Positions 8,307 to 16,871 of a DNA stretch of 64,000 nt are shown here, one piece after another. The DNA comes from a virus (lineage: Duplodnaviria > Caudoviricetes): positions 413-64,412 of IMG/VR virus record IMGVR_UViG_3300045976_000031. One strand, 5' to 3'. A program made the translations under genes and the position numbers. Below the pieces are notes generated by a model. The model was not told the origin of the DNA. It made no database searches and saw nothing but the letters and a program-made list of their open reading frames with translations. The first letter of the stretch is position 1; every line of letters begins with the position of its first letter.

Positions 8307-9673
8307 CCCCGAACGACATCATCGCCGCACTGCTGGACGTTGCCAGCGCGGCGTTCGCCGTCCAGCACGGCGCACCTGACACCGGCAACGACGACATGGC
8401 CCGCCTGCGCGCGAAGCTGTTTGTCCTCGACCGCCTGCCGCAGCCGGCCAATCAACCGCCGCTCACGCCGAGCGCGAAGGCCCGCCACTACATGATGGAA
8501 TTCCTCGGCGGCCGGCCGGTCGAGATCGACAGCAAAGCATTCAGCGCCGCGTTCTGGTTGTCGGGCCTCGGCGAGCCGATCCCGCAGATTCAAGCCGTGA
8601 CCATCCCCGACCCTATCCCGCGTGGCTTCGGTGATCCGACCGACGCGGAGATCAACGAGATCACGCAGTTCAACCTCGGCAAGTGGCCGTCGTTCGAGGC
8701 GCAGTCGTGGGCCTGCAAGGTCGTGCACGCGGTCGCCGAGAAGCTGCGCGAAAAAGACATCGCCGCCATGCGCGACAAGCTGCTGGCCGACACCGCGAAC
8801 GAGGCGCACAAAATCTGGAACGACGCCGATCTGCTGGCGAGCCTGCGCCGGCTGTGCGGGTACGTCGAGAACGGCAGCAGCGAGAGCATCGGGATCAGCC
8901 AGGACGACGCGACCGGCGAATGGGTCCTGCGCATCGGCCCGAGCATGTCGCCGCGCGTGCGCCACTTCCACGCTCGCAGCTTCCACCAGGTGATCCGCCT
9001 GGCCGCCGACGACATGCTGGAAAACGAGCGCTGCAAGTTCTGCGGGTTCGAGGTCGAGTTCCCATGCGACGAACCGCCGCCCGACATTTGCAGCGCCGCG
9101 ATCCGCGCAGCCGAGAAGCAGAAGCGCGCTACGCCGAGCATCGCCGCCATGAAGCCGGCCGGCCCGTCGCCCGAATACCTGGCGCGCGAGGCGATGAACA
9201 AGCTGCTGCTGGAATTGGCGACCACGTACAGCAACCGCACCGCGAAGCGCATCATCCTGGATGTCGGCGGCGCGCCGAAGATGAAAGACATCCCCGACGA
9301 CAAGGTGCAAGCTGTCACCATCGCCGCGCGTGATCGCCTGGCGTTCGAGCGCCGCGTCGCGGAACTGAAGGCCGCAGGCGACACGGCCGGCCTCGAATCG
9401 CTGCTGCGCGGGACGCAGGGCAAGACCGCAGGCTCGCCGGAAACCGCCGCGCGCCAGGTCGAGATTCAGGACCGCCTGCATCGCGTCGTCGCCATCACCC
9501 GCGAAGAGTTCGGCATGCCTGCGCCGCAGTTCCCGATGACGATCATGGACCCGATGCGCCTGGCAGGCATCGACACCAGCGGCACGCGCGAGGTGGAACT
9601 GCCGCAGGACGACCAGGTGCAGGGCCAGGGCGGCACGTTCGACGGCGGTGGCGCATCGGGAGACTTCCAATGA
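8303..9673 (+). CDS. mosaic multidomain hypothetical protein
   Basis: 456 aa, AAGGAG RBS, GTGA overlap; contains a segment similar to 59846..60250. Confidence 0.75.
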   Translation: MTPNDIIAALLDVASAAFAVQHGAPDTGNDDMARLRAKLFVLDRLPQPANQPPLTPSAKARHYMMEFLGGRPVEIDSKAFSAAFWLSGLGEPIPQIQAVTIPDPIPRGFGDPTDAEINEITQFNLGKWPSFEAQSWACKVVHAVAEKLREKDIAAMRDKLLADTANEAHKIWNDADLLASLRRLCGYVENGSSESIGISQDDATGEWVLRIGPSMSPRVRHFHARSFHQVIRLAADDMLENERCKFCGFEVEFPCDEPPPDICSAAIRAAEKQKRATPSIAAMKPAGPSPEYLAREAMNKLLLELATTYSNRTAKRIILDVGGAPKMKDIPDDKVQAVTIAARDRLAFERRVAELKAAGDTAGLESLLRGTQGKTAGSPETAARQVEIQDRLHRVVAITREEFGMPAPQFPMTIMDPMRLAGIDTSGTREVELPQDDQVQGQGGTFDGGGASGDFQ

Positions 9674-10068
9674 TCGCCGCAGGCCGCGTGCACTGCGCCG
9701 TGCCGTTCGGCGCTACCGTCATCCCGACCCGCGAGACGATCCCGCCGATCACCGACCCGCTCGGCAAGCACTGGAAGCAGCCGGACCTGACGGACCTGGA
9801 CATCTCGGGCGACACGGTGGAATTGACGCAGCGCGAGTTCGATGCGCTCGCCGAGTATTCGACCACGCGCCCGAGCGGCGTGTATCCCGGCAAATGCTGG
9901 AAGGCCGAAGGGATGCAGTGGCCGCAGAGTCAGCACGGCGTGCTCGGCTTCCCGAAGCCCACCGGCATCTGGTATCTCCGTTGGTTCGGCGAGTGCGACG
10001 ATCCGACGAAGTGCAGCAACAACCAACGCACCATCCGATTCATCAACGAACGAAAGGAAGCAGCATGA
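9670..10068 (+). CDS. hypothetical protein
   Basis: 132 aa; LAEYSTTRPSGVYPGKCWK motif; ATGA overlap. Confidence 0.7.
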   Translation: MIAAGRVHCAVPFGATVIPTRETIPPITDPLGKHWKQPDLTDLDISGDTVELTQREFDALAEYSTTRPSGVYPGKCWKAEGMQWPQSQHGVLGFPKPTGIWYLRWFGECDDPTKCSNNQRTIRFINERKEAA

Positions 10069-10571
10069 ACACCACCAATCCGAACATCAACGTCCTCATG
10101 CTCGGCGGGCCGGTCGACGGCCAGATGTACGCCGTGCCAGCGCGCGAGCGCTTTATCCGCGTGCCGGCGCTGAAGGAAATGACGCTGGGCCTGACCAGGC
10201 CGAACGATCCGACCGAAGTGCGCGAGCACGTCTACACGCTGAACACCATCGTCGACGTGACGGGTGCGCACTACGTCGGCCAGCTTGATCTCAACGAGTG
10301 CCCGGTGCGCACGCTCGTCGGCGCGTATCGCCGCCAGGTTCCGCACGAGAGCGAAGGCAACATCGCGGAGAACATGATCCTGCTGCTCGGCGGCGACGCG
10401 GACGCACACCGCATGCTCATGGCCGACACGCACACGAGCGCCCGCATCAAACGCGACACCTACCAGGTGATGAAGCTGACCGGCAAAGACCGCAAGCAGT
10501 ACCGCGTCGGCGTGCTCGACGTGATGGCCGTGGACCCCGTTGCGCTGCTGATCGAGGGATACCGCAAATGA
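10065..10571 (+). CDS. hypothetical protein with internally duplicated domain
   Basis: start MNTTNPN with AAGGA RBS; two LGG...P..L..[AG]YR units. Confidence 0.7.
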   Translation: MNTTNPNINVLMLGGPVDGQMYAVPARERFIRVPALKEMTLGLTRPNDPTEVREHVYTLNTIVDVTGAHYVGQLDLNECPVRTLVGAYRRQVPHESEGNIAENMILLLGGDADAHRMLMADTHTSARIKRDTYQVMKLTGKDRKQYRVGVLDVMAVDPVALLIEGYRK

Positions 10572-10780
10572 ACTCGCTGTCATTCCCGAAGCCCGACAAG
10601 TATCCGCCAGCGCCACCGCCGCGCCCGCGCAAGATCGTAGGTATCGCTGCGGCCACGGAAGCATCTGGCGGCGATGCGCAGGTGTTCGCGCTGTGCGACG
10701 ACGGCACGACCTGGATGCTCGTGAATGGGACCTGGCACGAACTGCCGGCGATCCCGCAACCTGAAGGGAACAACCGATGA
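10568..10780 (+). CDS. hypothetical protein
   Basis: MNSLSF..., ALCDDGTTW motif, ATGA overlap. Confidence 0.65.
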   Translation: MNSLSFPKPDKYPPAPPPRPRKIVGIAAATEASGGDAQVFALCDDGTTWMLVNGTWHELPAIPQPEGNNR

Positions 10781-11175
10781 ATAAGCACATGATCCAGACC
10801 GGCCGCACCACGCGGCAAATGCAGCAGGCGCTCGATCTGGCGGCGCGTGGCGTGAAGGTCCGCTACGTTGTCGTGACCCGCGACATGGTGCGCTACATGC
10901 GCCAGAAGATCGAGCGCATGAACGGCGGCGCGCCGTGCTACGTCGAGATCGTTTCGATGCACGACATCGACAAGCCCGGCAACCCGTTCGATTGGGATGC
11001 GCTGCGCCCGCGCGAGTCGCACCCGGCCAACGTCTACATCGTCGACCACGATGTCGTCGAGAGCCAGTACATGAAGATGGCGGCCGAGGTGCTGCGCCTG
11101 CAAACCTTGATGGCGCAACTCTATCCGTTCACGACTGGCGTGCCGCAGCCGGTGACGATGGGGAGGCAGGAATGA
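10777..11175 (+). CDS. hypothetical protein (degenerate P-loop-like QTGRTT)
   Basis: 132 aa with ATGA overlap. Confidence 0.65.
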   Translation: MNKHMIQTGRTTRQMQQALDLAARGVKVRYVVVTRDMVRYMRQKIERMNGGAPCYVEIVSMHDIDKPGNPFDWDALRPRESHPANVYIVDHDVVESQYMKMAAEVLRLQTLMAQLYPFTTGVPQPVTMGRQE

Positions 11176-11816
11176 TCGGCGCGCTCATCGGCCGCATCCT
11201 GCGCAAGCCCGCGATCCGGGACCGCATCATCGAGATCGCAAAGCGCACGCCTGAAATGCACATCGTCGGCGACGACGGCACGGTCTACATGTACCGATTC
11301 TGGCTGTTCAATCCCATCGCCAACCAGAAGCGCAAGTATCCGTTTATACCGTTTTCGATTCGCGTGCACGGCATCATGCGCGCCGACCAGGACAGGCACC
11401 CGCACGACCATCCGTGGCCCGCGCGCACCTGGATCATGGACGGCTGGTACTTCGAGCAACGCCTGGAAGTGCGGCCTGACCTGATCGACGAGAACTGGAC
11501 GGAACTCGTCGACGTGCACTACCGCCGCATCCCCGGCGACACCGCAACTCTCGGCGTTCGGCAGTATCACCGCATCATCAGCGTCGCACCTGGTGGCGCG
11601 TGGACGCTGTTCGTGTTCGGCCGCTACCGCGAGCAATGGGGATTCCTGGTCGACGGCCACAAGATCGGCTTCAGGCAGTACGCGCTGCGCAAGCAGTGCC
11701 AGGCCATCACGTACGGCGATTCGACCATGTGCCACACCTGCGGCCTCGCATGGGACACGAACGATCCGGCGCGTCCGAATTGCGATCCAGACCGACAAAC
11801 TGTTAAAGGAATGTGA
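11172..11816 (+). CDS. cupin-like protein with C-terminal Cys cluster
   Basis: DRHPHDHPW and YHRI...AWTLFV cupin motifs. Confidence 0.65.
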   Translation: MIGALIGRILRKPAIRDRIIEIAKRTPEMHIVGDDGTVYMYRFWLFNPIANQKRKYPFIPFSIRVHGIMRADQDRHPHDHPWPARTWIMDGWYFEQRLEVRPDLIDENWTELVDVHYRRIPGDTATLGVRQYHRIISVAPGGAWTLFVFGRYREQWGFLVDGHKIGFRQYALRKQCQAITYGDSTMCHTCGLAWDTNDPARPNCDPDRQTVKGM

Positions 11817-11819
11817 AAC

Positions 11820-12440
11820 ATGGGAGTGCGGTTAAACTACGCATCGAAAAAGTCGCAGCAGGTGATAAGCCAAATCCTCGCTTATCTTCTCGGTCGACCG
11901 CTCGCTGGCGCAACGCATCAACAGATCGCCTCGATGCTGAAGGCCAGCCACGGAACCGCAAACCGCTTCATTCAGTACCTCGTAGGGATCAACCAGATTC
12001 ACGTTGCACGCAAGGCGAAGGCCACGAATAAGGGTCATCTGCCGGCGATTTACAAGCATGGCCCGCGCATCGAGACTCGGTTCTCGGGGCGCACGACGTA
12101 CCAGGATTTACCACTTAACTTTTTTGGGAGGAAACGCAACATGAGCAATGTCGCACAAGAGCAACCGAAGCAAATCATGACGGACTGGTATGACGGTAGC
12201 GTGTTCGCGCCGGCATACGTCGGCCCGTTCCAATGCACGATCCTCGATAACCGGCCGGCCGAGGAAACGATGCACATGCGCTGGTGGAACGGCGAGCGCT
12301 GGTCCTATCCGCTGCAACCCGAGCACGAGGACGGCAAGGGTGGCTTCTACGCGCCGGCCGACGACTACTACGTGAAGGACAGCGACGACAGGCCGTCGTT
12401 CGCCTGGCGCGGCTTCTGCGAGGACCAGGACGAACTGTAA
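11820..12440 (+). CDS. winged-HTH-like N-terminal part fused in frame to a ~99-aa domain with its own start at 12141; ends QDEL
   Basis: THQQIASMLKASHGTANRFIQYL resembles an HTH; GGGAGG RBS before the ATG at 12141. Confidence 0.6.
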   Translation: MGVRLNYASKKSQQVISQILAYLLGRPLAGATHQQIASMLKASHGTANRFIQYLVGINQIHVARKAKATNKGHLPAIYKHGPRIETRFSGRTTYQDLPLNFFGRKRNMSNVAQEQPKQIMTDWYDGSVFAPAYVGPFQCTILDNRPAEETMHMRWWNGERWSYPLQPEHEDGKGGFYAPADDYYVKDSDDRPSFAWRGFCEDQDEL

Positions 12441-12445
12441 TTCGT

Positions 12446-12474
12446 TTGACAGGGAATTTCCTTGTCACTATACT
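12446..12474 (+). promoter_or_regulatory. sigma70 promoter TTGACA-N17-TATACT containing the 21-bp palindrome
   Basis: TGACAGGG-AATTT-CCTTGTCA at 12447..12467. Confidence 0.85.
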
Positions 12475-12502
12475 TTCAACAAATCACCAACAGGGATTCG
12501 AC

Positions 12503-12982
12503 ATGAACAAAAAGAGCGTGAAGGGACTGGCGAACATCGCACAGCTTCTCAACCAGGGCGGCGTTCTCGCCGCAGCACCGGCACCGAAGCGCGAGCGCCG
12601 CGACACGAACGACATCTTCATGCGCACCCGCGAGAAGGTACAAGCTGCAATCCCGCTCGGCGCGAACCTGGACCCGAAGCATTGGGCGCTGATCGACAAC
12701 TACCTGAAGGCGGGCATGCGCGAAGCCTACAACGTGGGCCACGCCGACGCCCTGGACCAGAACAGCCAGGTCGAGCGCCTGCTGGACAAGCAGTACCAGA
12801 AGCGCACGGAGGTCACGATGCCGGCCGTCGTCGCGGGCGTGATGGAACAACTCGGCCTGTCGTCGATGGTGCTGGACCTGGCGCTCATGGCTACCGTGTT
12901 CGACCGCCACAAGATCACGTACACGCTGTCCGACGAGAACGTGATCGAATACACCATGCGCCCGGTCGGAGACGACGCATGA
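12503..12982 (+). CDS. hypothetical protein
   Basis: MNKKSVKG..., AGGGA RBS after the promoter. Confidence 0.7.
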   Translation: MNKKSVKGLANIAQLLNQGGVLAAAPAPKRERRDTNDIFMRTREKVQAAIPLGANLDPKHWALIDNYLKAGMREAYNVGHADALDQNSQVERLLDKQYQKRTEVTMPAVVAGVMEQLGLSSMVLDLALMATVFDRHKITYTLSDENVIEYTMRPVGDDA

Positions 12983-13101
12983 ATCCCGTCACCTGGTTGC
13001 TGTCCGCCTGCGCGGTCCTCGGCGTGTGCGCGCTGGTGATCCTGCTGGAACGCGGCATCGACGCAATTTTCGACAACGGAGAAATAGATGACATCTACTG
13101 A
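12979..13101 (+). CDS. 40-aa single-TM peptide with acidic tail
   Basis: MNPVTWLLSACAVLGVCALVILLE...EIDDIY. Confidence 0.55.
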   Translation: MNPVTWLLSACAVLGVCALVILLERGIDAIFDNGEIDDIY

Positions 13102-13303
13102 AAAACCGAACGCTGACGAATCCGTCGTGTTCCCGAAGGACCACCTGGGCAACCCGCCTATCGCGTGGATCGTCGAGCCGAAGAAGTCCGGCGCGCCGTA
13201 CCTCACGCTGAAGGCCGACGTGGCGATGAAGCGCTACAAAGCCGGCGACCACGTTGCGCCCTACCACACCCAGCGCGAGATCGAGACGGAGGAAGAACTG
13301 TGA
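13088..13303 (+). CDS. hypothetical protein, ends EEEL
   Basis: 71 aa with GGAG RBS. Confidence 0.65.
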   Translation: MTSTEKPNADESVVFPKDHLGNPPIAWIVEPKKSGAPYLTLKADVAMKRYKAGDHVAPYHTQREIETEEEL

Positions 13304-14292
13304 AAGCCGTGAAGACCATCAAGGCGTTCATCCCGTACGCCATCAACCGCGACTTCGCCGACTGGTGCCGCAAGGCCGTGGCGCGGCCGGCAGCGGCCCG
13401 CAAAGCCGTCGACCTGTTCATCGCGAAGGACCCGGACGACCACGAGTGGAACAGCCTGGGACTGGTCGAGCCGATGGGCGGCGAGGCGCTGGTGCACGAC
13501 CTGGACGGCGCGGCCTTCATGCTCATGTACCAGGTTGCCGAGCGCAAGCTGCCGGCGTCGGTGCGCGACGAAGAGGTGCACAAGCGCTACACCGAACTGT
13601 CGGATCGCGAAGGCCGGCCGCTCAACAAGAAGGAGTTCGCGCAACTGAAGGAGGACGTGGAATCGTCGCTGCTGCCGCAGGCGTTCATCGTGCGCAAGTT
13701 CATCCCGGTCCTCGTGACCGACGACACGCTGCTGGTGTGCACGTCGAGCGCGTCGCAGTGCGAGAAAATCCTGGCGAAGCTGGTCCGCCTGGCCGAAGTG
13801 CGCAAGGTGAAGTTCGAGATCAGCGGCGGCAGCTATGCGATGTCGCCGGGCGCGTTGCTCGGCCAGATCGCGCGAGACGGCCAGGTGCAACTCGACGACG
13901 ATGACGACAACGTGCTGCACGCCGGCACCTCGGCCAAGTTCAAGGGCGAGGACAAGCGGACGATCACGGTGAAGGACCGCGACCTGCATTGCGACGAACT
14001 CGTGAAGATCACGACGGACACGCAGTACGCGGTGACGGAACTGCGGCTGCACTTGGAGATCAACGGCGGCGAAGGTGTAAGCGAATTCACGCTGACCGAC
14101 AAGATGATCTTCAAGGGTTTCAAGCTGACGGACGTGAGCCTGGCCGGCATCAACAACGACACGGACGATCTGCACGCGACGCACTGGCTGCTGGCGAAGG
14201 AAATGCTGCGCGCGCTGGAAGCTGTCGTCTCGGCACTCGGCGAAGGGGATCACGATGTACCGCCTGCCGACGCCGACGACGAAGAACTTTAA
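13300..14292 (+). CDS. rdgC: recombination-associated protein RdgC-like, ends DDEEL
   Basis: ERKLPASV...EGRPLNKKE..QLKEDV...LLPQAF signature; GTG start overlapping the upstream stop. Confidence 0.85.
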   Translation: MKAVKTIKAFIPYAINRDFADWCRKAVARPAAARKAVDLFIAKDPDDHEWNSLGLVEPMGGEALVHDLDGAAFMLMYQVAERKLPASVRDEEVHKRYTELSDREGRPLNKKEFAQLKEDVESSLLPQAFIVRKFIPVLVTDDTLLVCTSSASQCEKILAKLVRLAEVRKVKFEISGGSYAMSPGALLGQIARDGQVQLDDDDDNVLHAGTSAKFKGEDKRTITVKDRDLHCDELVKITTDTQYAVTELRLHLEINGGEGVSEFTLTDKMIFKGFKLTDVSLAGINNDTDDLHATHWLLAKEMLRALEAVVSALGEGDHDVPPADADDEEL

Positions 14293-14314
14293 CAAGTACC
14301 TGGGGAAGAAATTT

Positions 14315-14554
14315 ATGCCGCGAGAAAAAACAGGTCAGGCGCAGGTGAAGGTCCTGGTCGACAGGTTCGTCCGCATGCTGCCCGGCCAGTCCTTCTTCAT
14401 TCCTGACGTGACGCGAATGGACGTGGAATTCTTGCGTCGCCCCATCGTGCGCATCGGGTGCGGCATCAAGATCGTAGAAGTCGAACAGGATGAAATCTAC
14501 ATGTCGCCGGGCGTGCGCATCTGGCGCGAGGAAGGACCGTATGACGAACTCTAA
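14315..14554 (+). CDS. small putative DNA-binding protein, ends YDEL
   Basis: M.PGQSFFIP...GVRIWR motif. Confidence 0.6.
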   Translation: MPREKTGQAQVKVLVDRFVRMLPGQSFFIPDVTRMDVEFLRRPIVRIGCGIKIVEVEQDEIYMSPGVRIWREEGPYDEL

Positions 14555-14831
14555 GACCACCAGCACGGCGGACATTCCGCGCGGATCGCAGCCGGTCCCG
14601 CGTGAAGTCGGCGACGCGTTCCAGAACTTGTGCGAGGTGTGCCGCGCGAACCGTGTGCCGATGGAAGCCGCGATTCGCCACGCGCTCGCCTACAAGAACA
14701 TGTTCCATGACATGCAGGATAATTGGCACGAGGCGCAGGCGGAAATTTGCCGGCGCGGCGACACGATCAAGCGGCAGCGCGAGATCATCGCCAACCTCGA
14801 ACGCCAACTCGGCATCGACGACGAACTGTAA
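14541..14831 (+). CDS. coiled-coil hypothetical protein, ends DDEL
   Basis: AAGGA RBS; start MTNSKTT. Confidence 0.65.
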   Translation: MTNSKTTSTADIPRGSQPVPREVGDAFQNLCEVCRANRVPMEAAIRHALAYKNMFHDMQDNWHEAQAEICRRGDTIKRQREIIANLERQLGIDDEL

Positions 14832-14837
14832 ATCCGA

Positions 14838-14858
14838 CGACACGGCGGCACCGTGTCA
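14838..14858. promoter_or_regulatory. variant of the 21-bp palindrome
   Basis: CGACACGG-CGGCA-CCGTGTCA, intergenic. Confidence 0.65.
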
Positions 14859-14889
14859 CAAACTTTTCATAACGAAGGAAACACTCATC

Positions 14890-15297
14890 ATGGCAACGAA
14901 GAAAACCGCAGCACCGAAGGCATCCCCGGCATCCACCAAACTCGCCGACAAGGTGTTCGGCATGTCGCCGCGCCGCCCGGCCGCAGCGAAGGCCGTGAAA
15001 GCCGGCCAGGACCCCGCCACCGCGAAAGCGCAGGCCATCGCGAAGGATGCCGCCAAGAAGCCGGCAGCGAAGCGCAGCGCGCCCGCGAAGGCCGAGGCCG
15101 TGACGCTGACCGGATCGAAAGACGGCATCCCCACGCACGTCGTGAAGAACCTGAAGGGTCTGCGCGAGGCGATGGACAAGCACCCGAAGGCAACAGGCTA
15201 CAGCACCGACCGCAAGTTCGGCATCGACATCGTGAACCTGCACAACACGCGCGGTCGCGTCGTCGCTGAGATCAAGCTGATCTCGAAGGCCAAGTAA
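14890..15297 (+). CDS. Lys/Ala/Pro-rich basic (histone H1-like) protein
   Basis: MATKKTAAPK...AKKPAAKR; AAGGA RBS. Confidence 0.7.
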   Translation: MATKKTAAPKASPASTKLADKVFGMSPRRPAAAKAVKAGQDPATAKAQAIAKDAAKKPAAKRSAPAKAEAVTLTGSKDGIPTHVVKNLKGLREAMDKHPKATGYSTDRKFGIDIVNLHNTRGRVVAEIKLISKAK

Positions 15298-15345
15298 TCC
15301 CGTCAACCCGGCCGGCCGCTGCGCCGGCCAACTAGGAGAATCCGC

Positions 15346-15615
15346 ATGACCCCCTTCCTGAAAATGATCGGCGCTGTTCTCGCGGTGTGGCTCGGCCTCT
15401 TCCTGGTCGTCATGGGCGCGGCGACAACCGGCCTCGCCGTAGTCCTCATCACCCTGACTGTCGGCGTCGTGTGCCTCGTCGGCGGCATCTGGCTCGCGCT
15501 GTACCTGCTGAAGCGCGACGCCCATTTCAACCTGCACCTGCCACTGATCGCCCTGGTCGTGTTCGGCGGCGGTGCCGTAATCATCTATGCGTACTCGCTG
15601 CTGCGAGCCGCGTAA
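15346..15615 (+). CDS. three-TM membrane protein
   Basis: 89 aa, highly hydrophobic, AGGAG RBS. Confidence 0.7.
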   Translation: MTPFLKMIGAVLAVWLGLFLVVMGAATTGLAVVLITLTVGVVCLVGGIWLALYLLKRDAHFNLHLPLIALVVFGGGAVIIYAYSLLRAA

Positions 15616-15627
15616 TCGGAGAATCAC

Positions 15628-15990
15628 ATGAGCACTACCAACGAAGTAACCGTCGTCGAGCGCATCACGCGCGGGCAGATGATGGGCGACATCAACCCTG
15701 GCGGCAACGTCGTGCACGCGGCCTGGTTCGTGAAGACCCGCCTGCGCCAGCGCGGCGTGCCGGTGATCGGATCGCTCGGCATCATCGCGACCGAATGGGG
15801 CACGCTGACCATCGAGTTCGAGAAGGGCACGGACCCGGACCTCGGCCAGTACAGCGACGCGTGGGTCTACACCTGGACGGGCAAGCCGGTGCCGGCCGAC
15901 ATCGACCTCGTGCTGTATGCGCGCGAAGGCAAGGCGCTGGTGATGGACGAGCCGCTGGCCGCCCTGCTGACCGTCGACGAAGAACTGTGA
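15628..15990 (+). CDS. hypothetical protein, paralog of 16002..16397, ends DEEL
   Basis: GVPVIG...EWG.LT...YTWTGKPVP. Confidence 0.75.
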   Translation: MSTTNEVTVVERITRGQMMGDINPGGNVVHAAWFVKTRLRQRGVPVIGSLGIIATEWGTLTIEFEKGTDPDLGQYSDAWVYTWTGKPVPADIDLVLYAREGKALVMDEPLAALLTVDEEL

Positions 15991-16001
15991 AAGGAAATAC
16001 C

Positions 16002-16397
16002 GTGTCAACCAATTTGCAAACCATTACCGCCACCTTCACCCGCGACCAGTTCTCGCGCTTGCCGAAGTCCGAGTTCGCCGGCAACGACACGAAGGCCGGC
16101 GAGATCATCGCGGCTGAACTGAAGCGCAAGGGTGTCCCGATCATCGGCCACATCGGCGTGCTCGCCGTCGAATGGGGCAAGCTGACCGTGGCGCACGAGG
16201 AAGGTCTGGACGGCGACGAATGGACCTACACCTGGACGGGCAAGCCGGTGCCGCCCGAATTCGTCACGAAGATGAACTCGCCGAACGGTGCGCTGGTGCT
16301 GGTCTATCCGCTGACGGCCCGCATCTTCGCTCACGAGAACAACCAGGCGATGATGGTCAAGGCGGCCACGGCCACCGCCGACGACGACGAACTGTAA
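16002..16397 (+). CDS. hypothetical protein, paralog of 15628..15990, ends DDDEL
   Basis: GTG start behind AAGGA; shares the YTWTGKPVP motif. Confidence 0.75.
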   Translation: MSTNLQTITATFTRDQFSRLPKSEFAGNDTKAGEIIAAELKRKGVPIIGHIGVLAVEWGKLTVAHEEGLDGDEWTYTWTGKPVPPEFVTKMNSPNGALVLVYPLTARIFAHENNQAMMVKAATATADDDEL

Positions 16398-16418
16398 TTC
16401 ACACCACAAGGGGAAACC

Positions 16419-16871
16419 ATGTCAAACGAATCACCGAGCCTGCACGGCTTCACGATAGAGGACCTGGCCGCGATAGCTGACGGCCTGGAAGCCGGATACG
16501 AAAAGGGTGTGGACGTGGGCGGATCGCCGTTGGACGGCAGCGACACCAACATGATCGAGTCGACCACGGCGGCAGCGGCGCGCTTCATCCGTGCGGCAAT
16601 CGCCGATCCCGATGCGATCCGCCGCATGAGCATCGGCTGCGCGGCCCTGGACGACATCATCTCGCATTCGTGCAACCTGCAATCCGCGATGGCGGCGCGC
16701 ATCCGCCTGGCGGTCGCAGAGGACCGGGAACAGGTGAAGGCGGCCGGCATCGCGGGCGAAGAGTTCCACGGCCCGACCGACGACAACGAGTCGTACTGGA
16801 AGCGCGAAAGCCAGGTGCTCGACCGCATCATCTATCAGGCGCGCTTCGCACGAGGACACCAGACATCATGA
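16419..16871 (+). CDS. hypothetical protein
   Basis: 150 aa with AAGGGG RBS. Confidence 0.7.
   Translation: MSNESPSLHGFTIEDLAAIADGLEAGYEKGVDVGGSPLDGSDTNMIESTTAAAARFIRAAIADPDAIRRMSIGCAALDDIISHSCNLQSAMAARIRLAVAEDREQVKAAGIAGEEFHGPTDDNESYWKRESQVLDRIIYQARFARGHQTS

Noticed and set aside
13290-14554. [DE]EL tails as a by-product of purine-rich RBSs for coupled downstream genes
   Set aside because: This may contribute at some overlaps, but it does not explain the invariant terminal Leu or the tags on genes followed by promoters or terminators (12440, 53389, 63498).
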